Assembly: GCA_026129095.1 (NCBI GenBank)
Contig: JAHCIT010000002.1
Location: forward strand, 1-64,000
Direction: 5' to 3'
From: Deltaproteobacteria bacterium
GTDB lineage: Bacteria; JAGRBM01; JAHCIT01
Length of the DNA stretch: 64,000 nt
Shown here: positions 10,501 through 18,046 of the stretch, in pieces
Layout: every line of letters starts with the position of its first letter
Position numbering within the stretch: the stretch's first letter is position 1
Notes under the pieces: generated by a model
What the model saw: the letters and a program-made list of their open reading frames with translations, nothing else
The model's database searches: none
What the model was told of the DNA's origin: nothing
Made by a program: the position numbers and the translations under genes

Positions 10501-13500
10501 CAGTGCTGACCGATACAGCACCCCTCGCTCCGTCCGATCCCGGCCGCAATGTGCCGATGCAGCTCTGGAAAGCCGCGCATCCCATTGGCCGCCGTGTACC
10601 GGTCTACGTATCCGAGCCCAAGGCTCCTGCCGACACCCGGTGGCTTGACGGAAAATCGGTGGCCATCTGGTCCGTGACCAAACAGTCGGAAACGCTCTCC
10701 GCGGCCCTTGCCGCCCGCGGCGCGAAGCTGGAGTCCCCGTCGCCTTTCGGAACTCCGTTCGCCACCGGATGCGATCTGCTGGTCATTGACGCCCGTGCCA
10801 ATGCACGCACGCCGGACCGGTTCGTTCCGGATCTTATCTTGCGCCTTAACGACCTTATCGCCCTCGCCCGAAGCGGCCGGGAAAACCTGACCGTGGTTGG
10901 GCTCGGAACGCACAGCATCGAACTCGATCCCAGCCAGGCCATGTTTCAGGCGGCGGTGCGCGGATTTCTTCTGACACTCAGCCATGAGTTCCCCGGCTGG
11001 AAAGTGCGCTGGACCATGGCAACCGCACTGGATGATGCCGGACTTGCCCGTGCCATCGAAGCCGATGCCGCCAGCCCCGCCCAGGTTGTGCAAAGCCGGT
11101 GGTCGCGGTTCGGACGCGCCCTGCTCGAAGGTGTTCCTGCCTCCATCCAGGGCGCAAGCGGCCTCAAGCCGCGGCCGGACCGCGTCTGGCTCGTCACCGG
11201 CGGCGCCCGCGGCATCACCCGTGAAATCGTTCTCGACCTCGCCCGCCACATGGGAGGCAGGTTTGCGCTCGTGGGTTCCTCCCCGGAACCTTCGGGTGAC
11301 GTGCAGATAGCCGACGAAAAGACGCTCCGGAAGGAAATCCGCCAGAGTGCCAAGGCACAGGGTCTTCAGCCCTCGGCTGCCGAAATCGAGACAGAGGTGC
11401 GTGCACGGCTGGCAGCGGCAGAAATCCGTGACGCCCTGGTGGCACTGAAGGAACTGGGCGTGGAAGCCCGCTACTATTCCTGCGACCTTTCCAGTTCATC
11501 GAACGTGGACACACTGGTCAAGCGTGTGCGTACCGATCTGGGCGGCATCAACGTGGTGATCCACGGTGCCGGCCGGGAAATGAGCCGTTCCACCGCAGAA
11601 AAGACGATCGACGACATCCGCTCCACATTCGGCGTAAAGCTGGAGGGCGCGCTGTTTCTTGCCCTCGAAACCCGGTGCGATCCGCTCGAGGCGTTCGTCA
11701 TGTTCGGTTCGGTCGTGGGCCGGTTCGGGAACACCGGACAGGCTGACTATGCTGCCGCCAACGGCGCACTGACCGGACTCGTCCGCCATTTCAGCGCTGT
11801 AGGCAATCCCCTGGCCCGCCCGCTTCTTATCGACTGGTCGGCATGGGCCGAAGTGGGCATGGCCTCCCGCGGCGTAGCGAAAGACCATTTCCGCGAATCG
11901 GGGGTCGATCTCATCTATCCCGCCACCGGTGCGCCGCTCGTGCGCGCCGAACTGCTGGCCGGCACAGCTGGCGAGATCATAGCCTGCGGCACGCTGGGGG
12001 AACTGGACCGGGCCGGAGTAGTGAAGCCGCCGTCTGGCGGGAAAACCGCCTCAAGTGAAACACCCCGGAAGGCATCCACCGGAAACCGCCTTGCGGTGTC
12101 CGCCTCTACCGAGCCCTGGCTCTCCGATCACAGTATCGAAGGTGTCGCCGTGTGGCCGGGCGTCGGCGGCATCGAACTGATGCGACAGTCGGCCGGTTTT
12201 GGTGGCAAGCCGTTCGAAGCTACCGAAGTCCGGTTTGAGCGTGCCATCAAGATATTCCCGGGCAAGACAGGCGAACTGGAAGCTTCGGCCGCAGGCGTCG
12301 CCGTCCAGGTTCCAGCTCCATCCGGTCCGCAGTTTCGCCCGCACTTTACCGCCGGTCACTTCTCTATTCCGAGCGTAAAGCCCGAATGGACTGCCCCGCT
12401 GGAGCTTTCGCCTGATGCTGCCGTCCGTGCGGCGATTTACCAGGTCTATTTCCACGGACCCCGGTTCCAGCTCATGACGGGAGCCATCCAGCCCACGGCC
12501 CGTGACTGGTTCTTCGGTGCACGGGCTGGCGACGTATTCACCGGCGGCAGTGCCCTCAGGACTCCCGACGCCACTGCCTCGGCCATTGAGGCCGCCTTCC
12601 AGGCAGCAGGACTGAGGACCATGATCGAAACCGGGACGAGCGTGCTGCCTTCGGGAATCCAGTGGCTTTCCGTGCACCGTCCAGTGCGGTCCGGTGAGCA
12701 GCTTCAGGTGAACGTGGCCCCGGTAAGCCATCCATCTGAGCATGTCTGCCGGTGCAACGTCCGTGTGTTCGACGCCGCCGGCAACGAGCTGCTGAGTCTC
12801 GTTGGCTATGACCAGGTGGTGACAGGCCAGGTGAAGGAACTACCGGCTGCACTGGCCCGGCTTCGTGACAGTTGCCCGGCCGAAGTGACGCCTGCGGTAC
12901 CGGTCAATCCCACCACAGCACCTTCTGCCAGGCCCGCTGCCTCCCGTGGCGATGTATTCGGCAAGATCATGGAAGTGCTCTGCCGCGAGACCGGTTACGA
13001 GCCGGAGGATATTTCTCCGGCAGCCGATCTGGAGGGCGATCTCGGGATCGATACGGTCAAGCAGGCCGAAGTGTTCGCACAGGTTCGGACAGCCTACGGC
13101 CTCGAAAAAGACCCGGACTTCAAGCTCCGGGACTACCCTACCTTGAACAAGCTCACTGATTATGTGCTGAGCCGGCTTGGCGGAGCGTCTGCCGCGCCCG
13201 TATCTCAACCGGAAATCGCGCCTGCGGCGAAAATACCGAGGGCTGAAGTCTCCGCTCCCGCTTCTCCACTACCAGAGCCCTGGGCGCGCTATGCCGTTAT
13301 CGACATTGGTTCGGTGCTCCGTGAACTGGATACCGATCCCGCCGGAGTGCTCGGCCGCCTGTCAGCCGACGAACGGGCCGATTACGGCACGATGACCTTC
13401 GAGAAGCGCCGGCTGGAATGGCTGGCGGGGCGGCTGGCCGCACGGCAGGCCCTCAAGGGTTTCGGCACCAGTTCGGACGTTACTGTCAAGGCTGACGATT

Positions 13501-14045
13501 CGGGCGAGCCACGGTTTGCCGGACCCCTCGGCGACAAATACGGGCTTACCATATCGCATTCGAATATCTGGGCCACCGCGATCGTATGGGAACGGAAGGG
13601 CCAGCTCGGCGAAGAACGCCACGTCGGCGTTGACATCGAGCGGACCGGCGACCGAAGCGAGGCATTCCTCGAGGACAACTTCTCGGCTGCCGAACGCGCA
13701 GCACTGCCCTCAAACGGACTGCGGAGCGAGACCGCCACTCTTATCTGGTCGTTCAAGGAATCGGCACTTAAGGCCCTTGGCACCGGTCTTCGCCTCCGGC
13801 CTGACCAGGTATCGGTCACGCTGGACACCGGTGCAGCTACGGCCCGCATCACCCTTTCCGGCGAGGCCGGGACCGTCCAGCAATCACTGGGCCTTTCGGA
13901 ACTCACGGGGCGGTACGTCCGCGCCGGGGAATATGTCGTCACGGCAATCGAGGCGCCGCGTTACCCCGGCTCCGGCACAAAGATTGATGCCGGACAGGGA
14001 TGGACGCTCGGTGGCTTCAGCCTGAATGCAAAGAACAAGTCCTGA
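4569..14045 (+). CDS. Iterative type I PKS / PUFA-synthase-like megasynthase: FMN-barrel(ER-like)x2-KS-ACP-ACP-AT-KR-DH-ACP-PPTase
   Basis: FabK/nitronate-monooxygenase-like EAGG(V/H) and QMGTAFL; KS DAAC, HGTST, KSQIGH; ACPs DLEADLGIDTVKQAE; AT GQGSQ, GHSLG, HAFHS; KR VTGGARGI and YAAAN; DH HSIEGVAVWPG; PPTase VGVDIE and WSFKESALKA. GTG start at 4569 follows GGAG (the ORF track starts at TTG 4536). Confidence 0.92.
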   Translation: MSDAAGEICFTLFPPSRYFDAEARALRAAGALPVVDLSYAEADARAKVLAAIPADVSIGVIIAPDLAPAELSGRSIQAVIVPVDWELDEGVDLAQFIAPFRAFPVWVEVTSRAGWERASKASPAGIILKGFEAGGVVGEESSFILLQRYEGKLPVLVRGGIGPDTAAAAVAGGAHGVVTDIQTWGALPLADDIRQAILSLQGTDAVTLRLTDRHVIRVAGKMGAKAMRTLRQAEEAMLVATVGERTPETDKIRSERAELLYRELQKISTAAFTPETGKVFAVGQEVGWAKTYAAQYNTPAAIAAEILKVMKSSPRRATEQFPWVENSAFARSVGAKLPIFQGPMAQTSDVAAFAEKVMDHGVVANLALGNMPGTVCEKLLKDTLAISRGRPFGGGIIGLEANAFFRDQHIAHMKALRPPLAVVAAGTTEQALDLTAAGIRSFLHTPVHTLLVNAMDQGHSDFILEGTEAGGHIGKLTSFVLWQSVMQALLDRPAGRAANVVLAGGFGNAKGAAMAAALCARAQAAGHTFGIQMGTAFLFTKEAVETGATSSMYQEVLVELERTETIGDTVMTPARMAPTPKLFAIRQKEYERMKSGETLDHRKHLYENDNLGGLRAAAKKQKIEKVPEGGIRFVNLTDNEQMDLGLFHVGMCAALRREITTIAEVVADNTVRARELLKARVETLSRPSAQAQPAVQIPAQSPVQNPALPPQAPAAFKGANGHNHEGIAIIGLGGMFPDAQNIPEFWRNITTGKYSIREVPEDRWATRLFYSPDRNAPDKSYSKIGGFLTEPEFDSKSFRIPPAVASTMDLAQRVSLLAVREALQDAGYYNAKPFDKTRCAVIVGNSQGGENTHRYAYRLALPMILEKLEQDPAWKSLPEAQRREITGNISRKFLGELPEITGGSMPGELPNVIAGRIASVFDLSGPNFVCDAACAASLAAVHTSVLGLLAGEYDMAITGGVDRGMDADSYIKFCKVGALSDTISAPFDKRASGFVMGEGVGILVMKRLSDAVRDGDRIYGVLSGLGASSDGAGRGITAPSPAGQRKAIERAYRMAAGLDPRTVTLVECHGTSTPLGDATETTVLKEWFTEHGATSHSVAVGSVKSQIGHLKSAAGAAGLIKILLSLHHKTLPPSINFESPAAGTGLGEGSPLFVNTKARPWNPPAGVPRRASVSAFGFGGTNFHVLCEEYTSSTPARLTVPAESRTLTAGNAAVAYAAPAEPAAPAQAAVSNLPAAPVALVNMDKATIEKIVVQTLADQTGYEAEDLGRTLDLEADLGIDTVKQAEVFAALREHYRLEKDPNLKLRDYPTIEKIVDYLAMRLSSGSSAAQPQAAAPVSETPAPQASPVSVNKSDIETVVVRTLADQTGYEAEDLGRTLDLEADLGIDTVKQAEVFAALREHYRLEKDPNLKLRDYPTIEKIVDYLAMRLSGSAATASAPAASAPPEPAVQAAAETQAGNDGPSYVVVLGHDAASLADNLETWAENPSGTRFGSGSKTAAFGFLNRNEASSRARQIAQTVRAGKRPPPALNAKLGEARTKKPRIAFVYPGQGSQYVGMLRELMVYPEVRATFEEAEAVVSPLIGRSLLAIIHPADTSEENLRRCENELKQTEITQPAVLTADIAIHRFLKARGFGPDAVAGHSLGEYGAAVAAGAMSFRDALEAVAARGREMANVKVDDNGLMLMVPMGTAEVEPLLGGIPGYIEVANRNSPQQTVVGGSSASVMALKGLLDKKGVDTVLLNVSHAFHSKIVAPASEPLRRVLGRLGIRSPEIPIYSNVTAKPYPTGASAPAEIVDLLSRQIAASVDWIGSVENMYRDGIEVFVECGPKRALAGLVEANLKGRPSVAIQTCHPKRGELLSLVEGLAHLSAELVTDDTPAPVKASRPETAAPAQWQEQPQVPAQPSLPSAAGPASAGTNPLARWMNDPRFEYFWQKNGRAVENMISHLWAVTMNEAPARTVQSEAPSVSPRRLTIAMSMPVLTDTAPLAPSDPGRNVPMQLWKAAHPIGRRVPVYVSEPKAPADTRWLDGKSVAIWSVTKQSETLSAALAARGAKLESPSPFGTPFATGCDLLVIDARANARTPDRFVPDLILRLNDLIALARSGRENLTVVGLGTHSIELDPSQAMFQAAVRGFLLTLSHEFPGWKVRWTMATALDDAGLARAIEADAASPAQVVQSRWSRFGRALLEGVPASIQGASGLKPRPDRVWLVTGGARGITREIVLDLARHMGGRFALVGSSPEPSGDVQIADEKTLRKEIRQSAKAQGLQPSAAEIETEVRARLAAAEIRDALVALKELGVEARYYSCDLSSSSNVDTLVKRVRTDLGGINVVIHGAGREMSRSTAEKTIDDIRSTFGVKLEGALFLALETRCDPLEAFVMFGSVVGRFGNTGQADYAAANGALTGLVRHFSAVGNPLARPLLIDWSAWAEVGMASRGVAKDHFRESGVDLIYPATGAPLVRAELLAGTAGEIIACGTLGELDRAGVVKPPSGGKTASSETPRKASTGNRLAVSASTEPWLSDHSIEGVAVWPGVGGIELMRQSAGFGGKPFEATEVRFERAIKIFPGKTGELEASAAGVAVQVPAPSGPQFRPHFTAGHFSIPSVKPEWTAPLELSPDAAVRAAIYQVYFHGPRFQLMTGAIQPTARDWFFGARAGDVFTGGSALRTPDATASAIEAAFQAAGLRTMIETGTSVLPSGIQWLSVHRPVRSGEQLQVNVAPVSHPSEHVCRCNVRVFDAAGNELLSLVGYDQVVTGQVKELPAALARLRDSCPAEVTPAVPVNPTTAPSARPAASRGDVFGKIMEVLCRETGYEPEDISPAADLEGDLGIDTVKQAEVFAQVRTAYGLEKDPDFKLRDYPTLNKLTDYVLSRLGGASAAPVSQPEIAPAAKIPRAEVSAPASPLPEPWARYAVIDIGSVLRELDTDPAGVLGRLSADERADYGTMTFEKRRLEWLAGRLAARQALKGFGTSSDVTVKADDSGEPRFAGPLGDKYGLTISHSNIWATAIVWERKGQLGEERHVGVDIERTGDRSEAFLEDNFSAAERAALPSNGLRSETATLIWSFKESALKALGTGLRLRPDQVSVTLDTGAATARITLSGEAGTVQQSLGLSELTGRYVRAGEYVVTAIEAPRYPGSGTKIDAGQGWTLGGFSLNAKNKS
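8330..8856 (+). repeat. Near-identical tandem ACP-coding direct repeat (~205 nt units, 321-nt period)
   Basis: gacgctcgccgaccagaccggctacgagg...gactatctcgccatgcggctttc occurs at ~8330-8535 and ~8651-8856 with only a few substitutions. Confidence 0.9.
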
Positions 14046-14099
14046 TATTTCAACACGAGGGTAATGGCCGCACCGACGCGGCATGAGGAAACAACGATC

Positions 14100-15671
14100 A
14101 TGGCCTGGAAACTCCGCACACTCACCCACGAAGAACCGGCAAAGCCCCTGCCGCCGCCGGCATCCGTCAGGACGCCCGCCGCAATACCGGCAATCCCGCG
14201 TCCGCTCACTCCGGCCGAGCCGGCCCAGACCGGACCTTCTCCAGCAGAAAATATCCCTGCCCGGCGGCTTCAGACCCTGTTCGACGATGGCCGCTACGAG
14301 GAACTGGACGCTCTCGTCCAGCATCAGGCCCGCGGCTGGGGAATGGAAGGAAAGCGCGCACATGGCGACGGCGTAGTGGTCGCCACCGGCAAGATTCACG
14401 GACGCCCAGCTGTGGCGTTCGCCCAGGACCGCCGTTTCATGGGTGGTTCGCTCGGCGAGGCCCACGCCCGCAAGATCTGCAAGGGCATGGACATGGCTGA
14501 ACGGATCGGGGCGCCGATCATCGGCCTGCTCGACTCGGGCGGCGCGCGAATCCAGGAAGGCGTCGCCGCGCTGGCTGGCTACGGAGAGATCTTCCGCCGT
14601 AACGTGAAGCTCTCGGGCCGTGTCCCGCAGTTTTCGGTCGTTCTGGGTCCCTGTGCCGGTGGAGCAGTCTATTCGCCCTCCATCACCGACTTCATCATCC
14701 TGTCGGAAGCCGATGCCCTCATGTTCGTCACCGGCCCCAAGGTGGTAAAGCAGGCGATGTTTGAAGACATCGATGGCGAGTCCCTCGGCGGTGCGCGGGT
14801 TCATTCCGCCAAGAGCGGGGTCGCGCACCTTGCCCGTCCCGATGAAAAAGGGGCGATCGGCGTCACCCGCGACATCCTGGGTTATCTGGTGCACCAGAAG
14901 ATCGAGGCCGTCGAACCGGCCACGAACATCCCGCTGACCCAGATCGTACCGGAAAATTTCCGCAAGCCGTACGACATCCGCGACGTGATTGCGCAGATTG
15001 CCGACCGGAACACTTTTCTGGAAATACAGCCGGATTACGCAACGAGCGTCGTTGTCGGGCTCGCCCGGCTCGCCGGCCGCTCCGTAGGGATCATCGCCAA
15101 CCAGCCAATGGTCCGCGCCGGTGTTCTCGACATCAATTCATCCCGGAAGGCTGCCCGGTTCATCCGGACCATGAGCTGTTTCGGAATCCCGCTCGTCTCC
15201 CTGGTGGACGTGCCCGGCTTCATGCCGGGATCGGTGCAGGAGCACAACGGGATCATCACTCATGGCGCGAAGCTCCTCTATGCCTATGTGGATGCACGCG
15301 TTCCGCGCCTTACGGTCATTCTCCGCAAGGCATTCGGCGGCGCCTATATCGTCATGTCATCGAAGCACCTTGGCTCGGAAGTGAACCTTGCGTGGCCATC
15401 GGCACAGATATCGGTCATGGGCGCAGAGGGTGCGGTGGAAATTCTCCACGGCAAGGAGATCAAATCAGCCGCCGATCCCAAAGCCCGCTTCGAGGAGCTC
15501 TGCCAGAAATACCGCGAGCAGTACATGTCGGTGGGGCTTGCAGCCGAGCGTGGCTGGATTGATGAAGTGATCCAGCCCAACTCCACGCGGCACAAGATGA
15601 TCCATTACCTGGACATCCTGTCCGCTTCCCAGGGCGAACCGGCCCCGCTGCACGGGAATATCCCGCTCTAG
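14100..15671 (+). CDS. Acyl-CoA carboxylase carboxyltransferase (beta) subunit, PccB/AccD-like
   Basis: DGVVVATGKIHGR, DSGGARIQEG, GPCAGGAVYSP, VDVPGFMPG, LRKAFGGAY, VMGAEGAV. Start at 14100 or 14064. Confidence 0.93.
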   Translation: MAWKLRTLTHEEPAKPLPPPASVRTPAAIPAIPRPLTPAEPAQTGPSPAENIPARRLQTLFDDGRYEELDALVQHQARGWGMEGKRAHGDGVVVATGKIHGRPAVAFAQDRRFMGGSLGEAHARKICKGMDMAERIGAPIIGLLDSGGARIQEGVAALAGYGEIFRRNVKLSGRVPQFSVVLGPCAGGAVYSPSITDFIILSEADALMFVTGPKVVKQAMFEDIDGESLGGARVHSAKSGVAHLARPDEKGAIGVTRDILGYLVHQKIEAVEPATNIPLTQIVPENFRKPYDIRDVIAQIADRNTFLEIQPDYATSVVVGLARLAGRSVGIIANQPMVRAGVLDINSSRKAARFIRTMSCFGIPLVSLVDVPGFMPGSVQEHNGIITHGAKLLYAYVDARVPRLTVILRKAFGGAYIVMSSKHLGSEVNLAWPSAQISVMGAEGAVEILHGKEIKSAADPKARFEELCQKYREQYMSVGLAAERGWIDEVIQPNSTRHKMIHYLDILSASQGEPAPLHGNIPL

Positions 15672-15672
15672 G

Positions 15673-16761
15673 TCAGACCTGTTTCGCGCCGCGCCTCTTG
15701 AGCTCGGCGACGGCCTTCGCCACATCCTGGGAGCGGCCGGCAGGCACGACAAGCACGCCGTCAGCGGTGACGGCAACGACCACGTTGTCCATCCCCACGA
15801 CAGCAACGGCCATTCCGGGCGCGTCGCTCACGACGACGGAGTTTTTCGTACCGATCAGCACCGGATCGCCTGCCGTCACATTCCCGTCCTGATCGGGTAT
15901 CATTGACCGCTGGAGCGACTCCCAGGTACCGAGGTCATCCCACCCGAAGCCAGCCGGTATCATCCAGACCTTACGAGCCTTTTCCATGAGTGCGAAATCA
16001 ATGGAGATATTCTCCAGTGCGCTGAACAGGCTGGTGGCCTGTTCACTGTCCTTGGCTCCAAGGGCATCCGCAAGGGGCCGGACCACTGCCTCCAATCCAG
16101 GATTCGCAGCGGCCAGTTCCCGGCAAAACTCATCCAGCCGCCAGAAGAACATCCCCGAGTTCCAGAAATGCCGGCCTGAAACGGCATACCGGGCGGCGGT
16201 TTCCTGGTCCGGCTTTTCGCGGAAAGCCTGCACTCTGGCTGCCTTTCCTGTCTGGGTGGCTGCCACCTCGATATATCCGAAGCCGGTGGCGGGCCGGGCC
16301 GGAGGAATACCGATCACCACCAGCCCTCCTTCCTTTTCGGCTGTTTCCAGCGCGAGTCTCACATCCTGCCGGAATCTTTCATCCGGACCAATCCGGTGAT
16401 CGGCAGTAAAAACCGCCATTGACAGGTTGCGGTCACCAAACTTCGCCAGCAGGGCCGCCGCAGCATAGATAAGCGCCCCAGCAGTGTTCCGCTTGGCCGG
16501 CTCAGCCAGTACGTTTTCAGGCGGAAAACCGGAACAGGCTGTCCGGATAGGCTCCGCAAGGTGGGTGCCCGTGACGATAAAAGTCCGCTCCGGAGGAAAC
16601 AGGGGCCTGATACGATCAAGGGTCTGTTCCAGCATCGAACGTGCCGGATCGGCCAGTTTCAGGAGCTGCTTGGGCCGGTGCTGGCGCGAAAGCGGCCAGA
16701 ACCGCTCGCCGGAACCACCGGCCAAAACCACGGCAACCCGTATCGGTGTGTCATCAGACAT
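15673..16761 (-). CDS. manC: Mannose-1-phosphate guanylyltransferase
   Basis: LAGGSGERFWPLSR..PKQ, EPAKRNTA, GFGYIE, FREKP, WNSGMF, SIDFALMEK, WDDLGTW. No C-terminal PMI cupin. Confidence 0.9.
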   Translation of the reverse strand: MSDDTPIRVAVVLAGGSGERFWPLSRQHRPKQLLKLADPARSMLEQTLDRIRPLFPPERTFIVTGTHLAEPIRTACSGFPPENVLAEPAKRNTAGALIYAAAALLAKFGDRNLSMAVFTADHRIGPDERFRQDVRLALETAEKEGGLVVIGIPPARPATGFGYIEVAATQTGKAARVQAFREKPDQETAARYAVSGRHFWNSGMFFWRLDEFCRELAAANPGLEAVVRPLADALGAKDSEQATSLFSALENISIDFALMEKARKVWMIPAGFGWDDLGTWESLQRSMIPDQDGNVTAGDPVLIGTKNSVVVSDAPGMAVAVVGMDNVVVAVTADGVLVVPAGRSQDVAKAVAELKRRGAKQV

Positions 16762-16844
16762 CGAACTCTTATCTGTCCCGAAGGCAGGCAGGGGGCAAGG
16801 GGGGCTTTCCCGAAGGCTCCGGCAAGGCTATCGGTAGCCAAGCC

Positions 16845-18038
16845 ATGTTTTCCCGGCGGACACCTTCCCGGTACGACCTGAACCCGCTCGCCCGGGCGCT
16901 CGAAAAGGCGCGGCAGATGCCCGGCGACATCCTGGACCTCACGGTTTCCAATCCCCAGCGGGCAGGAATCATCCCGCCCGAAAATCTTGTTCTGGCGCCG
17001 CTCCAGCACGGTGGCGCGATACACTATGAGCCCGACCCCCACGGCCTCCCGTTGGCCCGTTCGGCTGTCAGTACGCATCTCGCCCGGCGCGGGATTCGGT
17101 CCGATCCTGAAAAACTGTTCCTGACCGCCTCCACCAGCGAGGCCTACGGATTCCTGCTGAAGCTGCTTTGCGATCCGGGCGATGCGGTACTGGCACCAGA
17201 GCCCAGCTACCCGCTGCTGGATCACCTGCTGGATCTGGAGTCAGTACGTCGGGTTCCTTACCGGATTGCCTACGAAAACGGCTGGAAGCTGGATCTGGAT
17301 TCGATCGGCAAGGTGCTTGCTGACAGCAGCCAGCCCCGAATTCGGGCCATTGTCATCGTAAGCCCCAACAACCCGACCGGAAACTACCTGAAACGGAACG
17401 AGCTCGATCACCTTGCGGAGCTGGCCCTCCGCCATGAGCTGGCTCTCGTCTCAGATGAAGTCTTTTTCGACTACCGGCTGGGAGATCCAGCCCCCGGTTC
17501 CATTTCGCTGGCCAGCGGAAGTTCAGTTCCCGCGTTCACCCTGGGCGGGCTCAGCAAGACGCTGGGATTGCCACAAATGAAACTGGCGTGGATCATCGTC
17601 AATGGCCCGAAGGCATGGCTTCCGGGTTGCCTCGAACGGCTGGAACTGATTGCCGACACCTATCTGTCCGTGGGAACCCCGGTGCAGCTGGCGGCCGGAA
17701 CCTGGCTGGAGGCGGAGGCTATTTTCCAGAAGCCCATCCACGAACGCGTGCGCGGGAACTGGGAGATGCTTCAGCATGTTTTTTCCGGCGCACCCGGGCA
17801 GGCCGAACTCCTTCCGGCTGAAGGCGGGTGGTATGCCATGCTCCGTGTTCCCCGGTATGAAGATGACGGGACCATGGCCGTTTCCCTGCTGGAGCATGAA
17901 CGGGTACTGGTGCAGCCAGGCTATTTCTATGACTGCCATGCAGGGGCGCATTTCGTTGTCAGCCTGCTGACAGAACCCGGAGTACTGAAGCAGGGGACAG
18001 GCCGGCTGATCGACGGACTCAGGCGAATCGGCGGGTAA
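16845..18038 (+). CDS. PLP-dependent aminotransferase class I/II
   Basis: SPNNPTG, SDEVF, GLSKTLGLPQMKLAW (PLP lysine). Start taken at MFSRRT to avoid overlapping manC. Confidence 0.88.
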   Translation: MFSRRTPSRYDLNPLARALEKARQMPGDILDLTVSNPQRAGIIPPENLVLAPLQHGGAIHYEPDPHGLPLARSAVSTHLARRGIRSDPEKLFLTASTSEAYGFLLKLLCDPGDAVLAPEPSYPLLDHLLDLESVRRVPYRIAYENGWKLDLDSIGKVLADSSQPRIRAIVIVSPNNPTGNYLKRNELDHLAELALRHELALVSDEVFFDYRLGDPAPGSISLASGSSVPAFTLGGLSKTLGLPQMKLAWIIVNGPKAWLPGCLERLELIADTYLSVGTPVQLAAGTWLEAEAIFQKPIHERVRGNWEMLQHVFSGAPGQAELLPAEGGWYAMLRVPRYEDDGTMAVSLLEHERVLVQPGYFYDCHAGAHFVVSLLTEPGVLKQGTGRLIDGLRRIGG

Positions 18039-18046
18039 CATTCCGC

